A stretch of 64,000 nt of DNA from a virus. Positions 1-9,353 of this stretch are shown in pieces; positions within the stretch are counted from its first letter, which is position 1, and every line of letters begins with the position of its first letter. The notes beneath the pieces were generated by a model. The model ran no database searches, had not been told where the DNA came from, and was given only the letters and a program-made list of their open reading frames with translations. The stretch lies in IMG/VR virus record IMGVR_UViG_3300032224_001477, positions 12,209-76,208 of that record; one strand, given 5' to 3'. The translations under genes were made by a program, and so were the position numbers.

Positions 1-1
1 G

Positions 2-244
2 CTCTCACTTCACGATTTACACGGCCGCCCTCGAGTAAGTTTGGTGTGCCCGACGTACTCGGCGATCGATTTAAAACAGGCTCTTGGTCGCATTGCACGC
101 ACCGGGTCGAAGAGTCATTGCAGACAATACTTGGTTTACGCGGCGAATTCGGTTGAAGAACAAGTCGCACGCAAAACAAAATCCAAAATCCGTGAAATTG
201 ACTTGCTTAATGACGGGGATTTGGTAGTAACGTTGGCCTCATGA
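2..244 (+). CDS. SF2 (SNF2-like) helicase, C-terminal end, truncated by window start
   Basis: Frame open from nt 2 (LSLHDLHGRPRVSLVCP...); motif VI-like QALGRIAR followed by ...ANSVEEQV; sits upstream of replication genes. Confidence 0.8.
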   Translation, partial: LSLHDLHGRPRVSLVCPTYSAIDLKQALGRIARTGSKSHCRQYLVYAANSVEEQVARKTKSKIREIDLLNDGDLVVTLAS

Positions 245-1341
245 GTACTACTGACAATCACGCTAGCTACTCACCAAGCAGCCTCAAGTATTTTGAGCTC
301 TGCCCATGCTACCAAAAAGACAATTCTGGTGAAATTCATCCAGTCACCCTCCGCGGAACTGCAATGCATAAGGCGTGCGAGACCGGCGAAATGGAAGGTC
401 TCGACTCCACTGAAAAAGCTCTCGTCCACAAATGTCTTTCATTTGTCGAAGCGGCGAAAGCTGAGTACACGGAAAAGAATTCCAAGTTCATGGACTTGTC
501 CGAACAGAAGCTCGACGTGTTTGACCAATGGGGTTACGTCGATCGGTTTTTCATTTGCGCCGATGAAGCTGCCATGTTTGATTTTAAGTTTGGTTTTAAC
601 CCTGTTGACCCGGCGGAGACCAACCCGCAAATGTGGGCTTACGCAATCGGAGTCTTTAAGAAGTATCCCTACGTAAAGAGTCTTAAGCTCCACATTCTCC
701 AGCCACGTTTGGATTACGTGGACTCGGCTTCATTCACCAGAGACGGAGATCTCCCCAAGATGAATGCCAGAATCAAGGGCATCATTGAGAGGGCTCGCAA
801 TAACACCCCGGATATGGCCCGCCCGGGTGACCAGTGCATCTATTGCTCCCGTATTGCGACCTGCGACGCCGTCCAGGCTATGTCCCTCTCCCTGGCCAAG
901 TCCTACGACCTGGCTCACGACGCTCAACTTCCGGATCTCTTCCACCCAAGCCAGCTAGCCACACCTGAAAAAAGATCACAGGCGCAACGCCTCGTACCGG
1001 TGCTTGAAGCTTGGTGCGGTTCAGTACGCAAACACAACGTTGAGTACGCGAAGGAAGGAAACGAGATCCCTGGTTATGGTCTTACGGCCGTCCAAGGAGC
1101 AAGAAAGATCACGGACGCCAACAAGGCGTACGATTTGGTCAAAGACAAAATTTCGACGGCTGAATTTATGGAAGCCGTAACAGTCAACTTCAAGGAGCTA
1201 GCTGATCAAGTCGCCAGCAAGGCTCCTCGGGGCACAAAACAAGAAGAACGCGACAACCTTGAGGACAAACTCACCGAAGCGAACGCCCTGACGCGAGGGA
1301 GTGAGTCCTATCAACTAAGAAAAATAAAGGATAAACAATGA
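241..1341 (+). CDS. DUF2800 / Cas4-like PD-(D/E)XK exonuclease
   Basis: N-terminal HASYSPS..CP, RGTAMH, GYVD...DFKFG, PQMWAYA and CIYC..C motifs. Confidence 0.8.
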   Translation: MSTTDNHASYSPSSLKYFELCPCYQKDNSGEIHPVTLRGTAMHKACETGEMEGLDSTEKALVHKCLSFVEAAKAEYTEKNSKFMDLSEQKLDVFDQWGYVDRFFICADEAAMFDFKFGFNPVDPAETNPQMWAYAIGVFKKYPYVKSLKLHILQPRLDYVDSASFTRDGDLPKMNARIKGIIERARNNTPDMARPGDQCIYCSRIATCDAVQAMSLSLAKSYDLAHDAQLPDLFHPSQLATPEKRSQAQRLVPVLEAWCGSVRKHNVEYAKEGNEIPGYGLTAVQGARKITDANKAYDLVKDKISTAEFMEAVTVNFKELADQVASKAPRGTKQEERDNLEDKLTEANALTRGSESYQLRKIKDKQ

Positions 1342-2063
1342 AAACTACGTTCCCTAAAGAACAAAAAGCAAAAGCAGAAACAAAACCAGAAACAGTAACT
1401 GAATCGAGCAAGGCATTGACGGAGGTTGTTGAACAACCCCTCACCTTGACCACCAGCGCCGGTATGGAGGGAGAATTTAACGTCTCAGACTTCCAGATCC
1501 CCCGGCTCAACATCGCCAACAAAACTGGCGAACTCTCCAACGACTTCCCTCCCGGTAGCATCGTCTTCCGGAAAGAGGTGGCCGTCGGGAACCAGAAGTC
1601 TCCTGCCAAGTTGACGATCATTCGCATGGCCAAAAAGTACATGCAAAGGATTCCCTACGGCACGGAAGAACGTCCGAAAATCTTTAACACGGCAGCCGAC
1701 GTGCGTACTGCAGGCGGCACGACCGACATCACTGAGGGTGATATGGATATCTATGACCCGATCCTCATCCTAACGATGGCCGTCCAAAGCCCCGAAGGCG
1801 CACACCCCCTGTTCGCCTTTGAGAAAGACGGAGCTCACTACGCTCTGGCACAGATGATCTTGGCCAAGAGCGCGTACAACAACGCTGGAAAGCAGTTGAT
1901 TACGGAAGCCACTACGGCTCTCCGCGATAAGCTTGCCGGCGGCAAGTACGAGTTGGTGACGCAGCTTCGCTCAAACACGATGGGCAGTTGGTTTACGCCA
2001 GTGTTTCGGTTGGTTGGTAAGAACACCCCTGAAGCCACCACGTGGTTTGACGGGTTGATCTAA
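1338..2063 (+). CDS. Putative single-stranded DNA-binding protein
   Basis: DFQIPRLNI N-terminal motif and GSWFTPVF late strand seen in phage SSB-like proteins; position between nuclease and polymerase. Confidence 0.5.
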   Translation: MKTTFPKEQKAKAETKPETVTESSKALTEVVEQPLTLTTSAGMEGEFNVSDFQIPRLNIANKTGELSNDFPPGSIVFRKEVAVGNQKSPAKLTIIRMAKKYMQRIPYGTEERPKIFNTAADVRTAGGTTDITEGDMDIYDPILILTMAVQSPEGAHPLFAFEKDGAHYALAQMILAKSAYNNAGKQLITEATTALRDKLAGGKYELVTQLRSNTMGSWFTPVFRLVGKNTPEATTWFDGLI

Positions 2064-2080
2064 CAAACTGGGATTCGGCC

Positions 2081-2434
2081 ATGGTGTTACAGGAGAACTG
2101 TAAACAGAGCAAAACCTCCGCTCTATTGAAACAGCCGAGTTCCTATCCCCTCCCCGAAGTGATGGCCATGAGCACATTCAAAGAAATTGTTCATGTCATG
2201 ACGAAGGGCGGGAAATCAAAAACAGGTTCAACAAAATCAGGTCCCGGGCAATGGTTTACTCGGGATTCGATCCGATATTCGGCAGATCGAGCAGTGAGCC
2301 ACATGGCCACCGCGATGATGATGTTGGACGGGAATAAAAAAGAGGACAAAGAGGGAGTCGTCGGACACCTGCAGAGAGCTTTATGCAGGGCAGCGATGGT
2401 TCTTTATAAAATAAGAAAGGGTCAGAAAAAATGA
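2081..2434 (+). CDS. dATP/dGTP diphosphohydrolase-like (DUF5664-like) protein; start uncertain
   Basis: Pattern VMTKGG..GPGQW..RYSADRAVSHM..D.EG..GHLQRALCR resembles the family consensus. Confidence 0.5.
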   Translation: MVLQENCKQSKTSALLKQPSSYPLPEVMAMSTFKEIVHVMTKGGKSKTGSTKSGPGQWFTRDSIRYSADRAVSHMATAMMMLDGNKKEDKEGVVGHLQRALCRAAMVLYKIRKGQKK

Positions 2435-2688
2435 AAGCTAAGGGGAAAGCGCAGATTTACAACAAGAGAACAGGCAAAGATATCGGTCAGATCAAAGTGT
2501 TGGACGTCAGGGAGACCGACACCGTCGAGATCGATCTTCAGATGGAAGACGATGTGTATAACGAATTCGTCTATTTTGGGAGGAAATATGTTACGAGAGA
2601 CGATTTCTTCAGCATTGCTTTCAAGAAAATGTTGGCTGAAACCTTTGAGGACCTTGACCGAAAGAAGAGGAACAAAAATGGTAAATAA
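2431..2688 (+). CDS. Hypothetical protein
   Basis: ATGA overlap with previous gene, 85 aa. Confidence 0.6.
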   Translation: MKAKGKAQIYNKRTGKDIGQIKVLDVRETDTVEIDLQMEDDVYNEFVYFGRKYVTRDDFFSIAFKKMLAETFEDLDRKKRNKNGK

Positions 2689-2875
2689 ATTTCTAATGCG
2701 GATTTTTCTCAGGCTAGCTCAACGCTGGTTTGGGTTTACAGACATCTACTGCCCGAATGATCAGGTCGAAGCGATTATTTTTGCCGTAGACCAGAAGCAA
2801 CATCGGGACGCCATTAAATCGGCAGCCAAATTCATATATGAAGTCAAACAAGAAGGATCAGCCGTCGGCGTATAA
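2678..2875 (+). CDS. Hypothetical protein
   Basis: ATG at 2678 preceded by GAGG, overlaps previous gene end. Confidence 0.55.
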   Translation: MVNKFLMRIFLRLAQRWFGFTDIYCPNDQVEAIIFAVDQKQHRDAIKSAAKFIYEVKQEGSAVGV

Positions 2876-2923
2876 CGTCGACGTGCCTGAAATAAACCAA
2901 AGGAACGAACACGGGTACCCAAA

Positions 2924-3178
2924 ATGGACCAAGTTGGAATTAACAAAGATGAAAGTTCAAATCGAGAAATCGAAGTTGGAGAGGAAGTAGTCGACGTATT
3001 TCATCCGGTTTTTATGCGAACCTCAGAACAAATACTTGAGCTCGGTCTCCGCCAGATGCGCGAAGAGAACGAATCCCTGTCCACCGAGAACCGTCGTCTC
3101 AAAGACGAGATACGGACTCTCATTGAGCAAGCCCGTCGTGCCGGGTTTGTTCAGGCCACCAAAGACACGCACCCGTGA
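2924..3178 (+). CDS. Hypothetical coiled-coil protein
   Basis: 84-aa ORF with heptad-like C-terminal half. Confidence 0.45.
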   Translation: MDQVGINKDESSNREIEVGEEVVDVFHPVFMRTSEQILELGLRQMREENESLSTENRRLKDEIRTLIEQARRAGFVQATKDTHP

Positions 3179-3323
3179 TTCAATTGGAGTTCCCCTTTAT
3201 GAAAGACCTTTACCCGACTACCGAAGCAATTACCCAGGGTACAACCACAACCGTGAATTACACTTTTGGCGCTTCGATTGAAAGCGAAAGCACCACAACT
3301 CACACAACGAAAGGAAACTCAGA

Positions 3324-3560
3324 ATGAGTGTAGACGTAAGAGTACGCATCTCAGCGGTCGAGGGTGAACTCAAGTTTGAAGTTCACACCGATCACATGGA
3401 TGCACAACCAGTCGAAAAGACGGTGGCCGAGGAGCTCAAGGGCCTCACCTGCCGGATGCTTGACCTATATCTAGAAACCCTCAAGGAACCCAAAGAAGAA
3501 ATCCAAGCCGAATGCGAAATATTGCCATCGACTTCGAATCCTACTACGACAACGAGCTGA
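3324..3560 (+). CDS. Hypothetical protein
   Basis: AAAGGA SD upstream; overlaps polymerase start. Confidence 0.55.
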   Translation: MSVDVRVRISAVEGELKFEVHTDHMDAQPVEKTVAEELKGLTCRMLDLYLETLKEPKEEIQAECEILPSTSNPTTTTS

Positions 3561-5272
3561 GCATTACAACGCTCGGCCAGTGGCACTACCTACGCGATCC
3601 GCGTGGAGAGATCTACATGGTGTCGATGGTGGGTGATGGGATTGAGCCGTATTGCGGTCCTGTGGACAAAGCTCCTTGGGACAAGATCGACGGCTGCCGG
3701 TGGATTGCGCACAACTACAGCTTTGACGGAGCCTGTGTTGAGGCTCTTGGTGACCGAATCAAGTCGAAGCCTGCGGATTTTTTCTGCACGGCCAACCTTG
3801 CGGCTTACATGGGCTCCCCAAGGGATTTGGAGGGTGCCTGTACCAACTTGCTTGGTAAGGAGATTTCGAAGGACCCGCGCAAAAAGATGAAGGGAAAGAA
3901 GTGGTCTGATATCGTCAATACTGAGTTTGCGGAGGAGATGACGCAATACGCTTTATCTGACTCCGTGAGTTGTTTAGAGCTCTACAAGAAATACGGATCA
4001 GAGATGCCTGAGATCGAGCGCAAGTTATCCAAGCATACGATTGAGATGGCGTGGAAAGGTTTTGCGATTGATCAGCCTTTGGTTAAAGAAGGCATCAAGA
4101 AGCTCGATAGGATTAAGTGGGAAGCCGAGCAGAAGCTTCCTTGGTTGGATCAAGGAGAAGGGGTTGTACTTTCTATAAAGGGTTTCAGGGCAGAGTGCAT
4201 TAACCAGGGTATCCCGTGGCCGGATTCCCTCTCGGAAGATTCCGAAGAGTGTGCGGTGTGGGAAAAGAAGTACGGCGACAAGGTTCCCTTTGTGTCTGCC
4301 ATGCGGGATTGGAGAAAATCCAATTCCTATTTGGTTAAGATGAAGGTGCTTGATTCTCGTGTGCGCCCAGATATGACGGCGTCTTACGGCATGAAGTTCT
4401 TCGGGGCGCATACGGGTCGGTTTAGTGGAGATAGCCGGTTTAACGTCCAGAATCTGCCCAGAGAGCCGCATTTCGGAGTCGATATGCGGGGTTGTATTAT
4501 CCCACGCCCGGGCAAGAAGTTCATTGTTTGCGATCTTTCCCAGATCGAGCCCAGGGTTCTGGCTTGGCTTTCAGGCAACACCCCTCTTCTGGAAGCAGTC
4601 CGTAACGGATATGGCATCTACGAAGCTTTTGCGATCTCGGCCAATCTCTGGAAGGGAGAAAAAGGAACACTTAAGAAGACCAATACAGCCATGTACCAAC
4701 TTGCCAAGGCAATGGTGTTGGGTCTTGGGTATGGCGCAGGAGCCAAGAAGTTCGCCTATATGGCCAATACAGCTTACGGATTGGAGATTGATGAAGCAGA
4801 AGCGGCAAACATTGTAAGAACATACCGCTCCAAAAATCATCACGTCATCAATTTCTGGAAGAAGTTGGAAACGGCTTACAAACAATCCAAAGCAGACGGA
4901 CAATACGAGATCGAGCTCCCCTCTTGGCGCTCCCTCAAATACCGTAACATTCGCACGCAAAACCTCGCTAGCGGATACGCGGGATACACAGCTCAGACCA
5001 TCATGGGTGGTCCTCACGTTAATTTTTACGGTGGGAACTTATGTAATAACACCGTTCAGGCAACAGCCCGGGATGTCATGGCCGAATGCATCCTACGACT
5101 AGAAAAGGCTGGCCTACCCCTTGTCCTTCACGTTCACGACGAAGCCGTCGTGGAGGTCGACAAGGATGTGAAACCAAAAGATGTGGAAATGTTGATGTCG
5201 GTAACCCCGGACTGGTTACAGGGCTGCCCGGTCGCAGCCGAGGCCGTGGAAACCGAGAGATACGTTAAATAG
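3512..5272 (+). CDS. polA: Family A DNA polymerase with 3'-5' exonuclease domain
   Basis: Exo I IDFESY, Exo II AHNYSFD, Exo III YALSD; HTGRFS, NVQNLP; motif A DLSQIEPR; motif B KAMVLGLGYG; motif C HVHDE. Confidence 0.95.
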   Translation: MRNIAIDFESYYDNELSITTLGQWHYLRDPRGEIYMVSMVGDGIEPYCGPVDKAPWDKIDGCRWIAHNYSFDGACVEALGDRIKSKPADFFCTANLAAYMGSPRDLEGACTNLLGKEISKDPRKKMKGKKWSDIVNTEFAEEMTQYALSDSVSCLELYKKYGSEMPEIERKLSKHTIEMAWKGFAIDQPLVKEGIKKLDRIKWEAEQKLPWLDQGEGVVLSIKGFRAECINQGIPWPDSLSEDSEECAVWEKKYGDKVPFVSAMRDWRKSNSYLVKMKVLDSRVRPDMTASYGMKFFGAHTGRFSGDSRFNVQNLPREPHFGVDMRGCIIPRPGKKFIVCDLSQIEPRVLAWLSGNTPLLEAVRNGYGIYEAFAISANLWKGEKGTLKKTNTAMYQLAKAMVLGLGYGAGAKKFAYMANTAYGLEIDEAEAANIVRTYRSKNHHVINFWKKLETAYKQSKADGQYEIELPSWRSLKYRNIRTQNLASGYAGYTAQTIMGGPHVNFYGGNLCNNTVQATARDVMAECILRLEKAGLPLVLHVHDEAVVEVDKDVKPKDVEMLMSVTPDWLQGCPVAAEAVETERYVK

Positions 5273-5282
5273 GAGCAATAAA

Positions 5283-5462
5283 ATGGATAACGCGAGGTAC
5301 ATAGTGTTGAGAGACGGTTCAAGAGTGTCCGATCGGACACACCGGACGAAACTGGACGCACAAGTCGAGGCTGATTACTGGCACGATATCGTCAGGAAGT
5401 GGCCCGATGGATCTGTGATCCGCATCGAAACAATCTATTTCAAGAACCGCGAACAGGAGTAA
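5283..5462 (+). CDS. Hypothetical protein (59 aa, below ORF-track cutoff)
   Basis: AGGAG SD; MDNARYIVLRDGSRV...REQE fills the gap between polymerase and primase. Confidence 0.6.
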   Translation: MDNARYIVLRDGSRVSDRTHRTKLDAQVEADYWHDIVRKWPDGSVIRIETIYFKNREQE

Positions 5463-5466
5463 AGCC

Positions 5467-7584
5467 ATGAGTCTTTACGCCCTGAAGAACCTGGCTTCCC
5501 TGGAGGTCACTCCAGTCGACGCTTGGCTTCATACAACGCCACACCCCAGCATGACCAAGGAGGAATTCTCTTCCTGGTCCACCAACCCCTCGACGGATTG
5601 GCTGTTCATATCCGGCTTTGAGGGTCGTGCGCCCAACCTGCGTGTCTCCCGTGAGAACCAGGCGGTCAAGATGCATGGCCTCGTAGCCGACTACGACGCT
5701 CAAATTACGGCCGAGGAAATGCTCGAGGGTCTAACCCGTCGCTCAAAAGCCGGCATGAAGCCCGCCTACGCCCACCGCACCATCAGTGGTGGAGTGCGAG
5801 TCATCTGGTTGTTTGAGAAACCCGTAGCCATCGCACCTGGGATATTTGATCCCTTCATCACTCGTCTGATGAAGGAACTCAACGTCCGTAAGCTGTTTCC
5901 TGGGCTGGATGACAACATCCGTAAGCCAGAACAGTACTATGCCTGGAATCCTCCAGCCACCGAAGTCAGCGATAACCGCGTTAAGTTTGATACCCTCTGT
6001 GCCCTTCTAGCTTCAGCCTTTGACTCCTCTCACCGCTACCGGGGTGAAGGAGATACCGAGATTCCCATTGAGAAGATCAAGGAACGGGTGGAGAGCCTGT
6101 TTCCCGGTCGACTCCGTGGAACGCTAGATATTAACGGTCGTTGTAACGCTTTTTGGTCTCCGGATTCAACCAACCCGTCGGCTTGTATCGTTACGGCAAC
6201 CGGGATGGTTTCATTCTCGCAGGATCGGGCGTTTTATCCGTGGGCAGATATCTTGGGTGCGGATTGGGTCGATGAATTTAACAACACGCGTCTGGGCGGA
6301 CCTCTGGGTTCGTACTGGTACGACGGAAGTAAGTATTGGCGCAGGGACATGGAAGGCAGCTGGAGAGACGCACCTTCGGAGACAGCTCGCAAGGACATTG
6401 CAGGCTTGTTTGGTTTAAGTCTCACCAGCGATGCCCGCGGAGATATGTCGGAGACCGACGAAGCTATGCTTCGCATCCGGGAAAACCGTCGTGTCGATGC
6501 CACCGGCCCCGTGCTTTACAGCCATGAGGAAATCGTGCGATTTGGCAGCCGATGCATCCTCAACACCTCCAGGGTAAAGGTGATGCCGCCAAGCAACACT
6601 CCTGGAGAGTGGGGCGAGCACTTCCCTTGGACAGCGAGTCTGTTGGACGAGTTCTTTGATCCGTCTGACAGTCTCCAGTACTTCCTGGCCTGGCTGAAAC
6701 GGTTCTATACCACAGCCAGCGCCGGGGCCCCCGCCCAGGGTCAGGCCGTGTTTATCGCCGGTCCGGTCGAGCAAGGGAAAACCCTCATTGGTACCAAGAT
6801 TGTCGCCGCTCTTATGGGCGGAGGTTGCGATGCCTCCTCTCACATCAGTGGTGGGGATCAGTTCAATAACGAGCTCTTTGAAGTCGGCGTGCTCAACATT
6901 GACGATACCGTCGCTTCGACCAGCTACGAGAAACACCTTCTCTTCACCAACTCGATCAAGAAGTTTGTCGCCAACACTCAGCACCGCCACCGTGCGATGC
7001 GGGAGAACCCAACGACGATCAACTGGATCGGGCGGATCATCTTCACGTTGAACGATGACCCCGAATCGATGCGGGCGATCCCCTACACCGACACCTCAAT
7101 CCTGGACAAGATCATGCTCTTCAAAGCGAGGCACCGGAAGTTCCCCTTCCCTCCCCGCCAGGAGATCGATCGGATCTTGGCCAGAGAGTTGCCCAACTTT
7201 GCCCGCTGGCTCCTGGACTGGACGCCGGCGTCGCATCTGGAAGGTACCAACCGGTTCGGCGTAACGAATTATCACCACCCCGACATTTTGGAAGATACGA
7301 GAACCACCCACCCTAACCACGCTTTCTCCGAGCTCCTCGATAAGTACCTCATCAATTACAAAATCGCGGCGAACGGGAAAAACCCAAAACAGTGGGTTGG
7401 TTCAGCGACCGACCTACTCAACAACATGCTTAATGATGCCGAACTCGAAAAGCTCGCGCGTCATTACGTTTCAAGTCCGGACCGCATGGGTCAGAGATTG
7501 GCCAAAATTATGGCTATCCGACCTGAGCAGGTTATCCGGCGCAAATCAGGAGGAAAAATCACATGGGAAATCAATCTGGAATAA
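5467..7584 (+). CDS. Primase-helicase (AEP-like N-terminus plus DUF5906/SF3-like NTPase)
   Basis: VADYD and TISGG primase-like motifs; Walker A GPVEQGKT, QFNNEL, Walker B LNIDD. Confidence 0.8.
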   Translation: MSLYALKNLASLEVTPVDAWLHTTPHPSMTKEEFSSWSTNPSTDWLFISGFEGRAPNLRVSRENQAVKMHGLVADYDAQITAEEMLEGLTRRSKAGMKPAYAHRTISGGVRVIWLFEKPVAIAPGIFDPFITRLMKELNVRKLFPGLDDNIRKPEQYYAWNPPATEVSDNRVKFDTLCALLASAFDSSHRYRGEGDTEIPIEKIKERVESLFPGRLRGTLDINGRCNAFWSPDSTNPSACIVTATGMVSFSQDRAFYPWADILGADWVDEFNNTRLGGPLGSYWYDGSKYWRRDMEGSWRDAPSETARKDIAGLFGLSLTSDARGDMSETDEAMLRIRENRRVDATGPVLYSHEEIVRFGSRCILNTSRVKVMPPSNTPGEWGEHFPWTASLLDEFFDPSDSLQYFLAWLKRFYTTASAGAPAQGQAVFIAGPVEQGKTLIGTKIVAALMGGGCDASSHISGGDQFNNELFEVGVLNIDDTVASTSYEKHLLFTNSIKKFVANTQHRHRAMRENPTTINWIGRIIFTLNDDPESMRAIPYTDTSILDKIMLFKARHRKFPFPPRQEIDRILARELPNFARWLLDWTPASHLEGTNRFGVTNYHHPDILEDTRTTHPNHAFSELLDKYLINYKIAANGKNPKQWVGSATDLLNNMLNDAELEKLARHYVSSPDRMGQRLAKIMAIRPEQVIRRKSGGKITWEINLE

Positions 7585-8219
7585 TCGAGCCACAGAGATC
7601 GGTGGCACCACTATTCAGCACCCCGCTGTTCATCTCGCAGCTGGGACAACCCGATAGCCAATCTATCGCAGTCGTTAAACAGACGGATATGCGTCGCGTT
7701 AAAGCCGACAACGGCTGGAGTTCCATCGACACCAGGATCCTGGACGTCCCGGACATGCAGTATCTGAAGGCGTCCATTCTCCGGGAGATTGGCACGTATG
7801 CGTTCGAAGCTCTCGGCCTAAAGAGAAAGTATCAGTTCCAAATCACCAACTCTTGGGTCATGAAGCATCAGAAGGGTGACTTTGCCCACAGTCACGCGCA
7901 CGCAAATTCGTTGATCTCGGGTGTCTACTATGTAGATACGTACGATAACAGCGGACCAATCTGGTTCTCCAAGAACTACAAAGACTTTAACCTGTTCCCG
8001 GCTTATTTGGACTGGGAGTTTGAGCGTAGAGATATCCTGAACGCCTACAGGTGGCCTGTGCTGCCTAAGAATGGGATGTTGGTCTTGTTCCCCTCTCACT
8101 TAGAACATTCTGTTGATCCTAGCGAAGCAGATGCCGACCGGTACTGCATTGCGTTCAACGTGTTTGTGAAAGGTAAGTTCGGCTCAGAAGAAAGTTTTAG
8201 TGCCCTGGAGATTCTATGA
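7563..8219 (+). CDS. 2OG-Fe(II) oxygenase (TIGR02466-like)
   Basis: LFSTP, SWV, HSHAHANSLISGVYY, LVLFPSHLEHSV, RYCIAFN motifs. Confidence 0.85.
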   Translation: MGNQSGIIEPQRSVAPLFSTPLFISQLGQPDSQSIAVVKQTDMRRVKADNGWSSIDTRILDVPDMQYLKASILREIGTYAFEALGLKRKYQFQITNSWVMKHQKGDFAHSHAHANSLISGVYYVDTYDNSGPIWFSKNYKDFNLFPAYLDWEFERRDILNAYRWPVLPKNGMLVLFPSHLEHSVDPSEADADRYCIAFNVFVKGKFGSEESFSALEIL

Positions 8220-8344
8220 ACGGCTGGGTTATTTGCCTAGTTGTCGTCGTCTTAATGGTGGTCGTACCAGTGTTTGTCGCTTTTGGATTGTGGTTTAAGG
8301 ACCGCAAAGACGAAGAGCAGAAAGGGTATTGGGACTCAGAATGA
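8216..8344 (+). CDS. Small membrane protein (42 aa)
   Basis: MNGWVICLVVVVLMVVVPVFVAFGLWFK..., ATGA overlaps at both ends. Confidence 0.5.
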   Translation: MNGWVICLVVVVLMVVVPVFVAFGLWFKDRKDEEQKGYWDSE

Positions 8345-8511
8345 AGAAGAAAAAACGAATCCGAAACATCACGGTTCGGAAACCGTGGTACGTCGAAAAC
8401 AGGTTTGGCATGTGGAAAACCTCCCCCTTTGGGGTTAGCGAGAGAACTTGGAAGAAACCTCCAGGCTTTTTCGCCCGCCTATTGAGGTGGTTTTTGGAGA
8501 AGTTAAACTGA
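8341..8511 (+). CDS. Hypothetical basic protein
   Basis: ATG 8341 coupled to previous stop. Confidence 0.45.
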   Translation: MKKKKRIRNITVRKPWYVENRFGMWKTSPFGVSERTWKKPPGFFARLLRWFLEKLN

Positions 8512-8515
8512 TTCA

Positions 8516-8755
8516 ATGACGCTGGATCAGATCAAAGGTTTCTCCAATTCCGTATCCACTTGGATCATTAACGGAATGAAGACAGCTACGGATGAACAGC
8601 GTGCAGAGAGATATGCCATTTGCCAGGCGTGTCCAAACTTTGACCAACGAGTATTTGGAGGTCACGGAGTTTGCAAGATTTGTGGGTGCAATATGCGTAC
8701 CAAAACGGTGTTCCCCCACGAAAAATGTCCCATTGATAAATGGGGAAAGGTTTAA
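8516..8755 (+). CDS. Small Cys-rich Zn-binding protein (DUF6171-like)
   Basis: R..IC..C...C..CGC...K.....CP..KW pattern. Confidence 0.65.
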   Translation: MTLDQIKGFSNSVSTWIINGMKTATDEQRAERYAICQACPNFDQRVFGGHGVCKICGCNMRTKTVFPHEKCPIDKWGKV

Positions 8756-8757
8756 CC

Positions 8758-8991
8758 ATGCCACTAGGTAAAAGAGACTACGCCAAGGAATACCGGGAAT
8801 ATCACGGTAAGCCTGCTCAAATTAAACGTCGTGCTGGCCGTAACGCTGCCCGAAGATCGATGACCAAACGTCGTGGATTGGCTGCTATGCGTGGGAAAGA
8901 CGTCAACCACAAGGACGGAAATACCCTGAATAATGCGGCGTCGAACCTGAATCTTGAGTCCAAGAGCGTGAATCGCGGACGGAAGTATTGA
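8758..8991 (+). CDS. Small HNH endonuclease-like protein
   Basis: RDYAKEY...RNAARR...GKDVNHKDGN..NN..SNL...NR. Confidence 0.7.
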   Translation: MPLGKRDYAKEYREYHGKPAQIKRRAGRNAARRSMTKRRGLAAMRGKDVNHKDGNTLNNAASNLNLESKSVNRGRKY

Positions 8992-9015
8992 CTAATTCCA
9001 GACAGTATTTAATAT
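8987..9015 (+). promoter_or_regulatory. Promoter, recurring ATTGAC-N8-GNNAGTA motif
   Basis: ATTGACT-AATTCCA-GACAGTA-TT-TAATAT, 8 nt before ATG 9024. Confidence 0.65.
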
Positions 9016-9023
9016 AAAACCTT

Positions 9024-9347
9024 ATGGCATACGAACCCTCCAGCAGCGATAACGAGAATTATTCTTTACGGAAAATCAATCAGTTGGCTTCGGATTCTGA
9101 AAAAGATTCGAGCCTTGCCCTTGGCCAATACGGTGCTGTTTACAAGACTGCTGCCGGCGCTTTGTCCGGTGGACCTTGGGGAGCTATTCAGGCGACGGCC
9201 ACGGCGGTCGTCAGCGTAACCTCGAGCAACTGGACTAATAGTGACGGGACGTCGGCTGTTGATATCGCAGCTGGATCAACGATCTTTGGTAACTTTACCG
9301 CAATCACGCTCACCAGCGGCAAAATCATCGCTTACAAAAGCGCCTAA
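9024..9347 (+). CDS. Hypothetical, possibly virion decoration protein
   Basis: Ala/Gly/Thr/Ser-rich beta-type C-terminus (GNFTAITLTSGKIIAY). Confidence 0.55.
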   Translation: MAYEPSSSDNENYSLRKINQLASDSEKDSSLALGQYGAVYKTAAGALSGGPWGAIQATATAVVSVTSSNWTNSDGTSAVDIAAGSTIFGNFTAITLTSGKIIAYKSA

Positions 9348-9353
9348 ACGGCC

